Assembly (NCBI GenBank): GCA_964016885.1
Contig: OZ024750.1
Location: 14,012,001-14,076,000, forward strand
From: Eledone cirrhosa
Lineage: Eukaryota
Reading direction: 5' to 3'
Length of the DNA stretch: 64,000 nucleotides
A model generated the notes under the pieces. It was not told the origin of the DNA. It saw only the letters and a list, made by a program, of their open reading frames with translations, and ran no database searches. The position numbers and the translations under genes were made by a program. Below are positions 27,718-42,886 of the stretch, piece by piece. Position 1 is the first letter of the stretch; the number at the start of each line of letters is the position of its first letter.

Positions 27718-27947
27718 GAAGAAGAAGATGAAGAAGAAGAAACAGAAGAGAAAGAAGAAGGAAAAGAAGAAGAAAAGGAAGAAGCGAAAGAGGGGGAGGA
27801 GGAGGTGGTGGTGGGTGGGTGGGTGGGGGGAACCGCTCCAACAAAACCAACAACAAATCAACATTAGGAATGACAACACAAAGACAACAATTCTCATAAA
27901 ACAACAGCAACAACAACAACAATAACAATAGCAACAACAACAAACTA

Positions 27948-27987
<40 letters not shown>

Positions 27988-28132
27988 AACAATAGCAACA
28001 ACAACAAACTAAAACAACATCAAACTAGAACAACAACAACAACAACAAACTAAAACAAACTAAAACAAATGTCCGTCTCAAAACAATAACAGTACTACAT
28101 CAGTAGCCGCAACAACAATAACAACTAGAAGA

Positions 28133-28190
<58 letters not shown>

Positions 28191-28218
28191 TCTGCTACTA
28201 CTACTACTGCTTCTTCTT

Positions 28219-28280
<62 letters not shown>

Positions 28281-28320
28281 GCTGCTGCTGCTTCTGCTAC
28301 TACTACTACTGCTTCTTCTT

Positions 28321-28400
<80 letters not shown>

Positions 28401-28419
28401 TCTGCTACTGCTGCTGCTG

Positions 28420-28514
<95 letters not shown>

Positions 28515-28545
28515 TCTGCTACTACTACTACTGCTTCTTCTTCTT

Positions 28546-28602
<57 letters not shown>

Positions 28603-28839
28603 GCACTACTACTACTACAATAACCACCACCACCACAAGATTAATAAAAAGTTAACAATGGACAACAACAAAGACAACAACAACAACAACAATAACAAAA
28701 ACAACAACAGTAACAAGAACACAAAGAAAGGAAAAGAAAGGAAAAGTAAAATATGGCAGAGAAATGAAAGCCCGCCAAAATAATGATCGATGTTTGTTGG
28801 AGAGTGTTATGATAATGTCTTGTCTTAACTGATGCATAC

Positions 28840-29400
28840 ATATACACACAAGTACATACTCATATATATATGTACACACACTCACACACATATACACACA
28901 GAGGCATACACACTCACACACACAGAGGCATACATACACAAATACATACTCATATATCTATGTACACACACTCACACACATATACACACAGAGGCATACA
29001 CACTCACACACACAGAGGCATACATACACAAATACATACTCATATATCTATGTACACACACTCACACACATATACACACAGAGGCATACACACTCACACA
29101 CACAGAGGCATACATACACAAATACATACTCATATATCTATGTACACACACTCACACACATATGCACACAGAGGCATACACACTCACACACACAAAGGCA
29201 TACATACACAAATACATACTCATATATCTATGTACACACACTCACACACATATACACACAGATGCATACACACTCACACACACAAAGGCATACATACACA
29301 AATACATACTCATATATCTATGTACACACACTCACACACGTATACACACACACACTCACACATACATACTCATATATCTATTTACACACGCTCTCACACA
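28840..29400. repeat. 90-bp tandem repeat built from CA/TA microsatellite, ~6 copies
   Basis: catactcatatatctatgtacacacactcacacac recurs every 90 bp. Confidence 0.9.
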
Positions 29401-29686
29401 CACATACACACACCACATACATATCTATGCACACAGATAGACATACACGCACACGCACATATCTATGCGCACACATATATATAATATACATAAACACGCA
29501 CACAGAAATTCATCTATCTATCTATTTATATATTCATACATACATACATCCAGATACTTACACACTTACACACACACACACATATATATATACACATATA
29601 TATATATATATACATAGATACGTCTCCATTATATATATATATATATATATAAATACACATACGCATTCACACACACATACACATAA

Positions 29687-29764
<78 letters not shown>

Positions 29765-29849
29765 ACAGTGTTACTTTTCAAGAAGAATATATATGAGAGA
29801 ACTGGACAAATATAGAGTGGAGAACATATCTTAATATAAGTGTCAAAAG

Positions 29850-29924
29850 ATTACTACTTCAAGTTTCACTAAGAGTCAAATATTACAAGGTTAATTCACA
29901 ACCGAACAAGATCTTCAGGCTAAT
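29850..29924 (-). ncRNA. Probable type I hammerhead ribozyme
   Basis: Minus strand: ATTAGC-CTGAAGA-TCT...AGT-GAAA CTTGAAG TA-GTAAT. Core and GUA triplet are intact, but stems I and II are imperfect. Confidence 0.55.
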
Positions 29925-30370
29925 GTAAATATTTAATATAAATTTCAATGCTGCCCTTTTCCTCACTCCATTTTGTTTTTCACAAATATCATTGGTTCGT
30001 ATCGAGTGTTGGAGTATGTTAAGGCTACTTACCTCGAGTTGAAATTTCTATTTACAGAATGTAGTTTATAGGAATCTTTAGTTAATATGTTACTTATTAA
30101 TCTTTAGTTAATGTTAGGTTATCGTTGATAGATCTTACAAGGAGAAACCTTTGTAATATATTAACTAAAGCTTCATATAGAATTATTGTGGTAAGAAACT
30201 TTCAAGAAAGCTGGCTGGACAATAGAACCTCGCTCTTCAAGCAAGTGTTTCGACCCTTAGGATATATGTAGCAAGTGTTTCGACCCTTAGGATATATGTA
30301 TATATAGGAATAACTTGAACCGTTAAGGTATATCATCCTTCGTCATGTCAAATATTTATAAAACATTTTG

Positions 30371-30432
30371 TATTTTATCTGATGAGAGCGTACCAAAATT
30401 TTTGGTACCCTTGAAATATATATAATAGAATA
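30371..30432 (+). ncRNA. Type I hammerhead ribozyme with palindromic stem III
   Basis: TATTTTAT-CTGATGA-GAG C GTACCAAAA T TTTTGGTAC C CTT-GAAA TATATA TA-ATAGAATA. 8-bp stem I with one G-U pair. Confidence 0.8.
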
Positions 30433-30561
30433 AATAGGCTTTTATAAATATAGTTTCTATTTATTTAATATCAATTGAATACTTACTCCAGAAATTTGTC
30501 GAGTGCTTTGAATCAGTTGTAAACATCTATATCTGTTGGATTTCCAACAAATTAAATATCT

Positions 30562-30643
<82 letters not shown>

Positions 30644-30780
30644 ATTAGAAAGTGAACAACACAAAATATAACTACTCCATTACCAAAGGTTTCTGGATCA
30701 CAGACGATAATAATATATAATTAAATAGCTCTATTCTATACATAGAGCACTCTTTTTCCTTTGCTTTTCCTTTGGATTTA

Positions 30781-30854
<74 letters not shown>

Positions 30855-30886
30855 TTACCAATCTATCTATCTATCTACCTACCTAC

Positions 30887-31450
30887 CTGTCGCGGGTGGG
30901 ACCAATCCGGTTGACCACCGAGTCCATTGTCATGATCAAACCGCCACCCTCCTTCAAAAACGAAGGAGAGGCGGTTTTCCTTTGTGTGATAGCTATGGCG
31001 AAAGAGGTTGTATGGTGGACGAGGTTGAAAGGGCTGAGGTCAGACACCTTTCTCTCTGGCCAACAACTGATTCTTTTTTTCAAATACCACTTTGGAAGAA
31101 GAATCAGGATGGAGAGAGAGGTGCTGTACCCCAGCAAGTTTTATGAAAGGTGGGTGAAAGTGGCGAGAATGGCCCGAGTGAATGGGCCTTCTCTCTATAT
31201 CAGCCTGTAGGTTGAGGAAAAAGAGGAGGAGAGGAAAGGGGTACAAACTCTTCGTACTCCTGGACATGAGGGTTGCACATTTTTTTCGGGGGTATGTGTT
31301 ACCCATATGTAATGTCTCCCCCTATTGGGGAAAATCGATTAATTTTTAAATTGCATTTGTGATAATATTTTACACGTTTTTATTGTATGTAAACTTCCCC
31401 CTTTGTATTTGTCCCCTTCTTTTGTGCCCCCGTGGCTAATAAAGAAACAT
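30887..31450 (+). mobile_element. Tx1-like LINE 3' fragment (subfamily B) in (ATCT)n
   Basis: Encodes [17 protein letters not shown]...[16 protein letters not shown], nearly identical to the C-terminus of the 23-25 kb ORF, but with a divergent 3' UTR. Ends gtggctaataaagaaa + ATCT repeats. Confidence 0.9.
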
Positions 31451-32181
31451 ATCTATCTATCTATAGTTATATTTATCGATCTATCTCTAACTATCGATAC
31501 ATCTCTCTCAATTTTGTGTTCTTACTGAATCCTTATCTAACCAGACATTCCTCTCTTATTTTTCTTCCTTTGCCTTTGTCATTCTCTCTTTCTCCTTCTT
31601 TCTCTATACCACTATCTTTCTTTCTGTAGTTGATATTTAGCCCCAGGCCAACCTCAACCCATCAAGTCAATGATCCAATACGTCAAATCTATAACTATTC
31701 TGAATTTATGTTTTATAGGCCTAGTGTATATATGTACACATTATCCAGTGTGATCATTTCAACATCTGTATGGTATGATTTGAGGAGAATTTCACTGCTA
31801 TTTCTAACAGGTAGCGTGGCTGCATATATACCTCCCTTGTTACTTCATTTTATCATACTTTTTACAGGTCTTCTTTATTCGTTTTTCCTTCTTATTTTCG
31901 TTCGTTATTTTTATAGTTCTTTCATTTTTTCTCTTGTCATTATGATTTTTGTGTTGTTCATCTCGTTTCCATCATTTTTATCACCACCATTTTCTTTTCT
32001 TTTCCTTATCACTTCAAACATTTTTTTCTTTTGTCACCCGCTCTCTTTCTCTCTTCTCTCTATGTTGATGTTTTTACATGCTTTTCTATGCTTATCTTTC
32101 TCACATTACATACCATACATACTACTACTTCTACATACACACACTCTCATCTGTATTCATATAAACACACGCACACATTCA

Positions 32182-32383
<202 letters not shown>

Positions 32384-32409
32384 GGTATGTATATATAATG
32401 TATATTATA

Positions 32410-32444
<35 letters not shown>

Positions 32445-32523
32445 ATAAATATACACATATATATATATATATGTGTGTGTGTGTGGGTATGTATATATAA
32501 TGTATATTATAATATATATATAT

Positions 32524-32591
<68 letters not shown>

Positions 32592-33055
32592 ATCTCACTT
32601 TGTGTTGTAATCCAGCCGATTCATTAAACACGTGTTGCCAATAACGCTAGCCGAACTAGTCAGCTGTCATGGCTGCCGTCCAGGTCTTTACGTAGCAGAT
32701 GGCTAATACAACCAGACAGCGCTTCTCTCTGTTGGGGAAACTTATCCGAGTTGATTTGACAACATTGCTGGCGCTCCAAAAATTCTGTGAAACATGTCGC
32801 AAATAACACTGACCGAAGACGATTCATGAGCAAATTTATGCTTACCAAGATAAGAAGATATGAGCCAGACTTGTTTTTTTTTATCGTGTCTATAGGGAAT
32901 GAATACATACAGGTTCTTATTATTTCTCCAGTTCAACATAAGTCATCTGATTATCATTTATCATCTTTATATTTTGTTTTCTTATTAGGATAATTCCACC
33001 TCATAAAATAATCTTCTTTTTACTATTACCACTACAACCCATCTTCCTGGGTTTG

Positions 33056-33149
<94 letters not shown>

Positions 33150-34928
33150 ATACACACACACGCACTCATTCTCTGCTCACTATCCTCGACTGTCATGTTC
33201 GTTTTATCATTTCTCCTTTTTTGTTTAAATTTTATAATCACATAAATCGATAGTCCTTGTTATATAATTCTTATATATTGCATTTGAAAAAAATTATATT
33301 TGATAACATTTCATATTATTTGATATATGAACACAGATAACAGGCTAGCAAAACATTCGTCAATTTAATCGTGTTACTGATGCCTACAGCGATAAATTGT
33401 TCTATGTTGAGGTATATTTTTACAGGTAACTGCAGTCAGAGTCAAGAGTCTTGGCTAAAAACATAACGCCAACTCTGAACTCATTGTCAGAACACATTAA
33501 TGGCTGAGATTTTTAATATCAAAGTTAGTGAATATTATAACTAACGGGAATCTCATTGCTGGAACTCTAATTACAATTGACTTCAGCTCGTATACTATAC
33601 CAACTACATCCAATCCAACGAGGAAACCGAGTTTATGAGTTCACAATTGTCTTAAAAAGGATACATGAGATAAGGTAGTCGTAAATAAACTATGTTCGAA
33701 TAAAACAAAACAAAACTAAAACAAAATGCCACAGGATGGTCACAAATGGTCACCAGGGTTAACTTGAGGTTGAAGAACAAGAACAAAAACAACAACAACA
33801 CTAATAACATCACCACCACCAACAACAACACCTCCACCAACAATGGCGACAACAACAACAACAGCCCAAACAATAACAATAATCGATTAAACAGCCACCC
33901 CCTCCTGCACATGTCTAGAATGATGGAAGCCAAAGTCAACCCTGTCTCGAGTCCGGACGCTCACCAAGCCGGTGTTTATCCTGGTTTCCGTGATGTGAAA
34001 CAACTGAGAGTACAAGACTCCATCCATCCTTGGATAAGACGCCAGACCATCACAGAGTCAAACTCCCCCACCAGCTATCGTTACTGATACTCATTTTCAG
34101 CTGAGTACATTGAAGTATTTTGCTCAAGAACACAACACTCCACGCTCTCCAGGAATCGAACCCACGACATTATGGTTATTTAATTGGTATAAAACATTTC
34201 AATAGACATTCTAGTATTTTAGCCACACCATCTCCATTAATCTGACACTCCAACCAAACATTGCAATCGTGTTGGTCTTGCTCCCTTTTCTTCGATTTTA
34301 TTATTTCATCAGTATCGGTAGAGCGTCAGAGACCATGCTTTGCGGCATAGAGTTATGTCCCTTTACGCTCTGAGCTCTAATTAATCCCGCCGAGGTTAAC
34401 TTTGATTTTCAACCTTTACGAGGTCGATAAAATAAAGTACCAGTAATATACTGGGGTAATTGCTGGCCTTGTGCCAAAAGTAGAAACAATTATTAACGGT
34501 GGTGGATTTGCAGAACTCAGAACGTAAAGGGCCATAATTCTATGCTGCAAAGCATAGAATTATGGCCCTTTACGTTCTGAGTTCAAATCCCGCCGAGGTT
34601 AACTTTCACTTTCATCCTTACGGGGTCGATAAAATAAAGTACCAGTAATGCACTGGTGATAATTGATGGCCTTGTGCCAAAAGTAGAAATATTTCATGCA
34701 TAGCAATACCTCCTAAAATAAAACATACAACTTTCTATTACCAGACAAATTATTCAGTACGTTTTCTTAAGCAATATTTTTCAAAGAATTTTATTTTTAT
34801 AGTGAGGCTTTTTGATGTTTACCGACAGATTAATGTCGAAAGAGAAACAGAGAAAGTCAGACATATCTGTTGAAAGCCAATGGGTAATTAAGCAGCTCTT
34901 TATTATTGACTGATGTGTCATCAATGGA

Positions 34929-35000
<72 letters not shown>

Positions 35001-35676
35001 ACGTGATATTGGTATCAACCAGAGCTCTCAGTGTGGTATTTATTAAAGAAATTTCGAGTATTTTGTTGGAGTACTTTGTAGTTGGACAACAAACTTGAAA
35101 TGAAACAAATATGAAGGAATAAGGATGAAATTTACAGAAGTTCTTCTAATAACATTGATCCAGGTTGACCTGGGGCTGACCAGGGGCTAAACAACAGCAA
35201 TAACAACCACGTTGGAATAAAACGACACATTTGGGCAGAAAATGTGTAGTCAGGGTCTCATCCAAGGAACTCACAGGCAGACTGCCATCATAGATAGGAA
35301 AGCTTCCATATAATCATCTGAAGTGATGGTCAGATATCTAGCCAGACGTAGGTCGTAGGTATGGCTTTGTGGTTAAGATGTCTTTTCGCAACCATGTGGT
35401 ACTGACTTAGAGCCCGGCTGAAGCCAGAGTCAGCGGATGGCAAAGAGGTTGACGGAAGGGCTAGAAATAGCTCACCAACTCGTCCTAATAGAGTAGCTCA
35501 ACCAACTAAGGGAGTATGTATGTATGTATGTATGTATGTATGTATGTATGTATGTATGTATGTATGTATGTATGTACGCATGTATCTGTACGTATTTATA
35601 TACATACATGTATATAGTTTAAGAATAAACAAGGCAAACACAGAAATGGAAATCCACAAAATTTTATTAGGCTCAC

Positions 35677-35714
<38 letters not shown>

Positions 35715-35726
35715 AACGCGCGCACA

Positions 35727-35770
<44 letters not shown>

Positions 35771-35874
35771 TTCGCAGTATCGGTAGAGTGTCAGACACCA
35801 TGCTTAAAGACATAGAGTTATGACCCTTTACGTTCTGAGTTCTAATTAATCCCGCCGAGGTTAACTTTGATTTT

Positions 35875-35936
<62 letters not shown>

Positions 35937-37613
35937 GAGAGAGAGAGAAAGAGAGAGAGAGAGGTAGAAAGCCATTTAATGTGCGAATGTGTGAATGCGT
36001 ATGCGTGTGCGCAATAAGAAATATGATAGAGGAAATAAAGAAGGAGAACCGCCATAGTAGATGACGAAATATTTACAGCAGCAAATAAGGTGGGGGTAGG
36101 AGGGGGGGAGGGGCAGTAGGAACAATGTAGCAATATCGGCTGAGAAATCCACGGAAATCTAAAGGATTTCATTTGACGAAATATAAAGATGTCGGATTTG
36201 CTCTATGTAAATCCCTGTGTCAAAGGATTAAGCGTTGTTGACCATTTCGTCCAAGATTTCATAGAAACTTGTGACATAGGTGATAGAGTGGGGAGGTTAA
36301 AGTGTGTTCGGCGAAGTCCAGTTGGATAAACGATGAGTCTTCAAGCTGTCAAAACAGGACTTTAAACTCGATCACGAACCGAACAACAAAAAATATTTGT
36401 TGTTTGACTGATCGTTCTCTTCCTTCAGACAACGTTCACGCCAGTTCTCAATCCCTTTCGTCTTGTTAGCTATTAAACACGCTTTAGATCCCCATTTTGG
36501 CTGTCCTTACTCTAAGACCCTTTAAATCGTTCAACGTTATTTTAATATAACTTACATTTATAATTTTCTATTGTCTTTTTCTTACACTTACCCTCCGTCT
36601 TTTTCCATCTCTTTTGTTTGTTTTGTTTGTTGCATTTGACATTTGCTTTTCCACCCTCCTCCTCTTCCTCCTTCTCCCCTGCTGCTGCTGATCCTCCTCC
36701 TCCCCCTCCTCTATCTATCAATCTATCATTCGATCTATCAGTCTCTCTATGTATCTATATGTCTAACTATCATCACCACCACCATTACCACCATCAGCAC
36801 CACCACCACCACAACCACAACCACCACCACCACCACAACCACCAACACCACCATCACCAACACCACCACCACCACAACCACCAACACCACCATCACCACC
36901 ACCACAACCACCAACACCACCATCAACACCACCACCATCACCACCACCACCACCACCAAATTGGCAGCCGCCAAACTTTGTTCTATTTATCCATATATAT
37001 TTGTTTGCTAACAAGATTATATACCCTTTAAGCAATGGGTGTTTATTTCAATGGATGTCATTTTAATACTACAAGAGTAACAACAGCAGCAAACAACAAC
37101 AACAACAACAATAGAAACAGCAACTATAAACATTGGGCTTTGTTTCTAGCGAGTGGCAAGCCTCCGTTTTAATTTATCAAATAAGAGATGTAAGAGCGGG
37201 AGTGGTGTTGCCTCGGTTCCTCGGTGCATTAGTTTATAGAAGTGTGTCTCGAGAAACTCGTTTTAATGCAGTGATTCTAGTACAAGTCATACTGAGTGTA
37301 TTTGGTTCAGAAGAGGAACACCAGACATATGTGTCGTAAGAAGCTGTGAAAAGGGTTGGCGTTAGGAAGGGCATCTGGCTGTAAAAAATGGACCCTATGG
37401 ATTGTATGAAACCTGTAATGGGACCCACGAGATTAAATTTGCTTATGTTCTAGAACAAATCAGCTTAACAACACGTTATCTCTCACTCAGGCAACCTTAT
37501 CTGGTTGACATGACCGCAGCATTGTACTGTAATGTAGTAGACATTTGTGGTTAGTGAGGGGTTGAGTTGAATGCTTCAATATTTACGACTTCCTCTATAT
37601 ACACACACACAAA

Positions 37614-37665
<52 letters not shown>

Positions 37666-37711
37666 TATGGAATACTGTTAGCTTCTTGCTACAATAATTT
37701 CTATACTTTTC

Positions 37712-37841
<130 letters not shown>

Positions 37842-37886
37842 TTGTGTGTGAGAGAGAGAGTGTGTGCGTGTGTATATATATGTGTT

Positions 37887-37955
<69 letters not shown>

Positions 37956-38009
37956 TTGTGTGTGTGTATATATATATATGTGTGTGTGTGCGTGTGTTGT
38001 TTTGATATT

Positions 38010-38369
38010 CAAAACAACAAACAGCGAAAGACGCATTCGGACCTGTCCGACAGACAACCTTTTTCCCCACCCCGGAAAAAACCCCAGTTGATGGATGTGA
38101 ATCCGAAATATATAGGGACTATTAAATCTCTCCCAAGGTAACTCTCTCTTGTGTTGTTATTTTTATTCTATCCTTTATACTCTTCCCTTCATTCTACACA
38201 TCTCACACATCTTATACACACCACGCATCTCGACGTACACCCACTTACATCTCTCTCTCCACCACCGGACCTTGTTACCAGGAGATTTACCCATTTGCAT
38301 TGTCGAGGCTTCCAAACGACGTAAAGATATTTACTTATTGTTCCACAATGCTTCAAGCAAACTTCAATA

Positions 38370-38417
<48 letters not shown>

Positions 38418-38670
38418 TATTGAAGTTTGCTTGAAGCATTGTGGAACAATAAGTAAATATCTTTACGTCGTTTGGAAGCCTCGACAATGCAAATGGGTAA
38501 ATCTCCGGGTAACAAGGTCCGGTGGTGGAGAGAGAGATGTAAGTGGGTGTACGTCGAGATGCGTGGTGTGTATAAGATGTGTGAGATGTGTAGAATGAAG
38601 GGAAGAGTATAAAGGATAGAATAAAAATAACAACACAAGAGAGAGTTACCTTGGGAGAGATTTAATAGTC
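38010..38670. mobile_element. Family D' element duplicated tail-to-tail around (TA)n
   Basis: Arms 38117-38372 and 38415-38670 are near-perfect reverse complements (one mismatch seen) around a (TA)n spacer. Confidence 0.78.
38082..38117 (+). ncRNA. Minimal hammerhead-like fold with variant core (family D')
   Basis: CCC-CAGTTGA-T-GGAT gtga ATCC-GAAA TATA TA-GGG. Stem II covaries with the 14855 copy. Confidence 0.5.
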
Positions 38671-38705
38671 TAATGAGATTTAATAGTTTAATGTATATAT
38701 GTATG

Positions 38706-38745
<40 letters not shown>

Positions 38746-38786
38746 TACGTATATATATATATATGTATATATGTATGTATATATAT

Positions 38787-39320
<534 letters not shown>

Positions 39321-39358
39321 GATACATATATATACATATATATATACTTATATGTGTG

Positions 39359-39518
<160 letters not shown>

Positions 39519-39519
39519 A

Positions 39520-39586
<67 letters not shown>

Positions 39587-39588
<2 letters not shown>

Positions 39589-39776
39589 AACAAGTATGAC
39601 CCCGACGGCAGAGCTCAAGCCGTTACGACGGCTAATTGGAGTCCAGAATTAGCCGTCGAAACGGCTTAAGCTCTGCTGTCGGGGTCATACTTGTTGCTAT
39701 TACCCACTCTACTACCCTAAGTATTGAGTAATTTGGTGCGTTATGGTCCATCTGGTTCCTTACCACATTTCCTTCG

Positions 39777-39779
<3 letters not shown>
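39587..39779 (+). mobile_element. Family C fold-back element in (TA)n
   Basis: Inverted arms gtatgaccccgacggcagagctcaagccg / cggcttaagctctgctgtcggggtcatac plus tail. Homologues at 43011-43200 and 58404-58591. Confidence 0.75.
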
Positions 39780-39819
<40 letters not shown>

Positions 39820-40023
39820 TAGCCCCTATTTATCCGCTGGCTCTAGAATCACGCTTCAGTTAATTAGTGGACTGTGTGGCTAGACAGTCGTAACTCAATA
39901 ACTGTTTGCAGTAGAATCATGTACAATATCTATTATTTACTATATGTATATCAACTGTTTACTATATATCCATTAGTTAAATATACTATGGATATATATA
40001 TATATTCACATATACACCCCCCC

Positions 40024-40120
<97 letters not shown>

Positions 40121-40185
40121 ATATATATGTCTCTCCATTTATCTCTTTCTCTTTCATTCAAACAATTACTTTTTTTTCAGATTTC

Positions 40186-40221
<36 letters not shown>

Positions 40222-40235
40222 GTGTGTGTGTTTAC

Positions 40236-40309
<74 letters not shown>

Positions 40310-40319
40310 ATGTATGTGC

Positions 40320-40360
<41 letters not shown>

Positions 40361-40363
40361 CAT

Positions 40364-40467
<104 letters not shown>

Positions 40468-40767
40468 AGAGAGAGAGAGAGAGGATGGTGGTAGAGGTGA
40501 AGGAGTTAGAATGATCAGAGAAATGTTAATAGTGAGGGAGGGTGAAGGAGAGGGGAAGATCGGCGGCAATCTACTTTCCAACAAATACATATGTTTGCAC
40601 AGGTGTCTCCTATTAGGGCAGCAATGATCCTCACTTCCTTCCATAGTTTCACTCCATCCCTTTACCTCTCTCCTCCCTTTCCCTTTCCTTTTTCTTCTAT
40701 TCTACATCATGTCCAACCATCAAGTCAAAAGAGATTGACATATCTATTCAATAGAACAATATCATGT

Positions 40768-40847
<80 letters not shown>

Positions 40848-41184
40848 GTTGTTGTTGTTGTTGTTGTTGTTGTTGTTATGGCCGTCATCATCAGGTAATA
40901 AGCTGTATAGTTTTTGTTGTTAGAGGTATTGTTATGATTTATTATTGTCGTAATTATCCAGGTAAGAAATTAGCCTTATCCCCATTATCATACCGTCGGG
41001 GGGTCGCCTTTGCTTTCTATCCCTCCATATTCGTTTCAAATAAATAGCAATAATCGATGGCTCATCACTTGCTCATAATGTGTCCTTGTGTATATGCTAG
41101 AGATTCCTATCGCATCGTTTTTATTTCTCATCAATTAATAAAGTACCAGTAATATTCTAAGGTCAGTTCAGTTGATTATACGTC

Positions 41185-41468
41185 TTCCGCTTTAAAAAAA
41201 AGAGTGTTCTTCCACCTTAAAAATAACTGTTTTCCCGCCTTAATAAAGAGTGTTTTCCCGCCATAAAAAGTGTGTTGTTCCGCCTTAAAAAAAAGTGTTT
41301 TCCCGCCTTGACAAAGAGTGTTCTTCAGCCTTGAAAAAGAGTGTTTTCCCGCCTTTAAGAAAAGTGTTCTTCCACCTTAAAAAAGAGTGTTTTTCCGCCT
41401 TAAAAAAGAGTGTTTTTCCGCCTTAAAAAAGAGTGTTTTCTCGTCTTAAAAAAGAGTGTTTTTTTGCC
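41185..41468. repeat. ~26-bp minisatellite (AAAAAGAGTGTTTTCCCGCCTT)n, ~11 copies
   Basis: Read directly. Units are imperfect. Confidence 0.85.
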
Positions 41469-41763
41469 TATGTTAAAAACGACTATCAATTCGGCAGAGG
41501 ATTGACGGAATCAGTAGAACGACGAACATAAAGATTTTCAGCAATTTTATGAAGAGCCCTTTGGTTCCTCCTCCTCCCCCCCCTCCTCGTCATCATCATC
41601 ATCATAATCAACATCATCGTCATCTAGTAATACAATGTGCTCAATTGTTTTTATTGCTGACTGAATACACACGTACTTTTTCTAACAAAATGTTTCTTTT
41701 CCCGTACCTTCCTTCCCTCACCTTCCATCTTTCTATTTCATCTTTTATTTCTCATTCCATCTT

Positions 41764-41880
41764 CTGATGAAGGACTAGCGTCCGAAACGTAAATACTCTT
41801 TATCTACTATATCAAGCGTTAAACTAATATATTTCTTCATTGTACTGTGTCGTTTGCTTTGTTATTTCTGTTTACCTTTT
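41764..41880 (+). mobile_element. Penelope-like terminal remnant with degenerate hammerhead
   Basis: CTGATGA-A-GGAC tagc GTCC-GAAACGTA. Core and stem II are intact, but stem I does not pair. Confidence 0.5.
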
Positions 41881-41923
41881 GCACACACACACACACTCAC
41901 ATTTATATATATATAATTGTTTT

Positions 41924-42537
41924 ACATACATATATAAAACACTTGTTTTGCTTTTAGTCCATGATTTTCTATTTTTACCGATCAGGGTGTGGGTGATGAA
42001 TGGCGTTAGAAAGAAAGAAAAGAAAGAAAGTAAGAAAGGAAAGAAAGAAAGAAAGGGGTGAAGTGCTAGAGAGAAAAGAAAGAAAAAGAGAAGGAAGCCA
42101 CTGCACGCTTGTTTGTTATGATACTTTTTTTTTTATATTTTATCGATTTCTATCGCTTTCTCTCACCCCCGCCCAATTCCCCTCACACCACCACAGACAC
42201 CATCTATATATATTTGTGTATATATATATATATATATATATACACAAATATATATAGATGGTGTCTGTGGTGGTGTGAGGGGAATTGGGCGGGGGTGAGA
42301 GAAAGCGATAGAAATCGATAAAATATAAAAAAAAAAGTATCATAACAAACAAGCGTGCAGTGGCTTCCTTCTCTTTTTCTTTCTTTTCTCTCTAGCACTT
42401 CACCCCTTTCTTTCTTTCTTTCCTTTCTTACTTTCTTTCTTTTCTTTCTTTCTAACGCCATTCATCACCCACACCCTGATCGGTAAAAATAGAAAATCAT
42501 GGACTAAAAGCAAAACAAGTGTTTTATATATGTATGT
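41924..42537. repeat. Perfect ~614-bp palindrome centred on (TA)n, abutting an assembly gap
   Basis: Identical ORFs on opposite strands (42109-42321 + and 42140-42352 -). The right arm runs into the N run. Confidence 0.85.
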
Positions 42538-42737
42538 NNNNNNNNNNNNNNNNNNNNNNNNNNNNNNNNNNNNNNNNNNNNNNNNNNNNNNNNNNNNNNN
42601 NNNNNNNNNNNNNNNNNNNNNNNNNNNNNNNNNNNNNNNNNNNNNNNNNNNNNNNNNNNNNNNNNNNNNNNNNNNNNNNNNNNNNNNNNNNNNNNNNNNN
42701 NNNNNNNNNNNNNNNNNNNNNNNNNNNNNNNNNNNNN
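42538..42737. other. Assembly gap (200 N)
   Basis: Run of n characters. Confidence 0.99.
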
Positions 42738-42822
42738 ATGCAAAATTAGGAGATGTATCTAGAGAAACAAAATAATATATATATATATTTACACACACAC
42801 ACACATATATATACTACTCGTT

Positions 42823-42886
<64 letters not shown>

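Noticed and set aside
27655-27867. Acidic D/E-rich ORF
   Set aside because: GAT/GAA trinucleotide repeats without splice or domain evidence.
41185-41468. CRISPR-like array
   Set aside because: No unique spacers, eukaryotic context and no cas genes; it is a plain minisatellite.
41924-42537. Perfect 614-bp palindrome as a biological hairpin
   Set aside because: It is mismatch-free, centred on (TA)n and ends exactly at an assembly gap, so it is most likely a fold-back read or contig artefact. It has no ribozyme or TIR/TSD.
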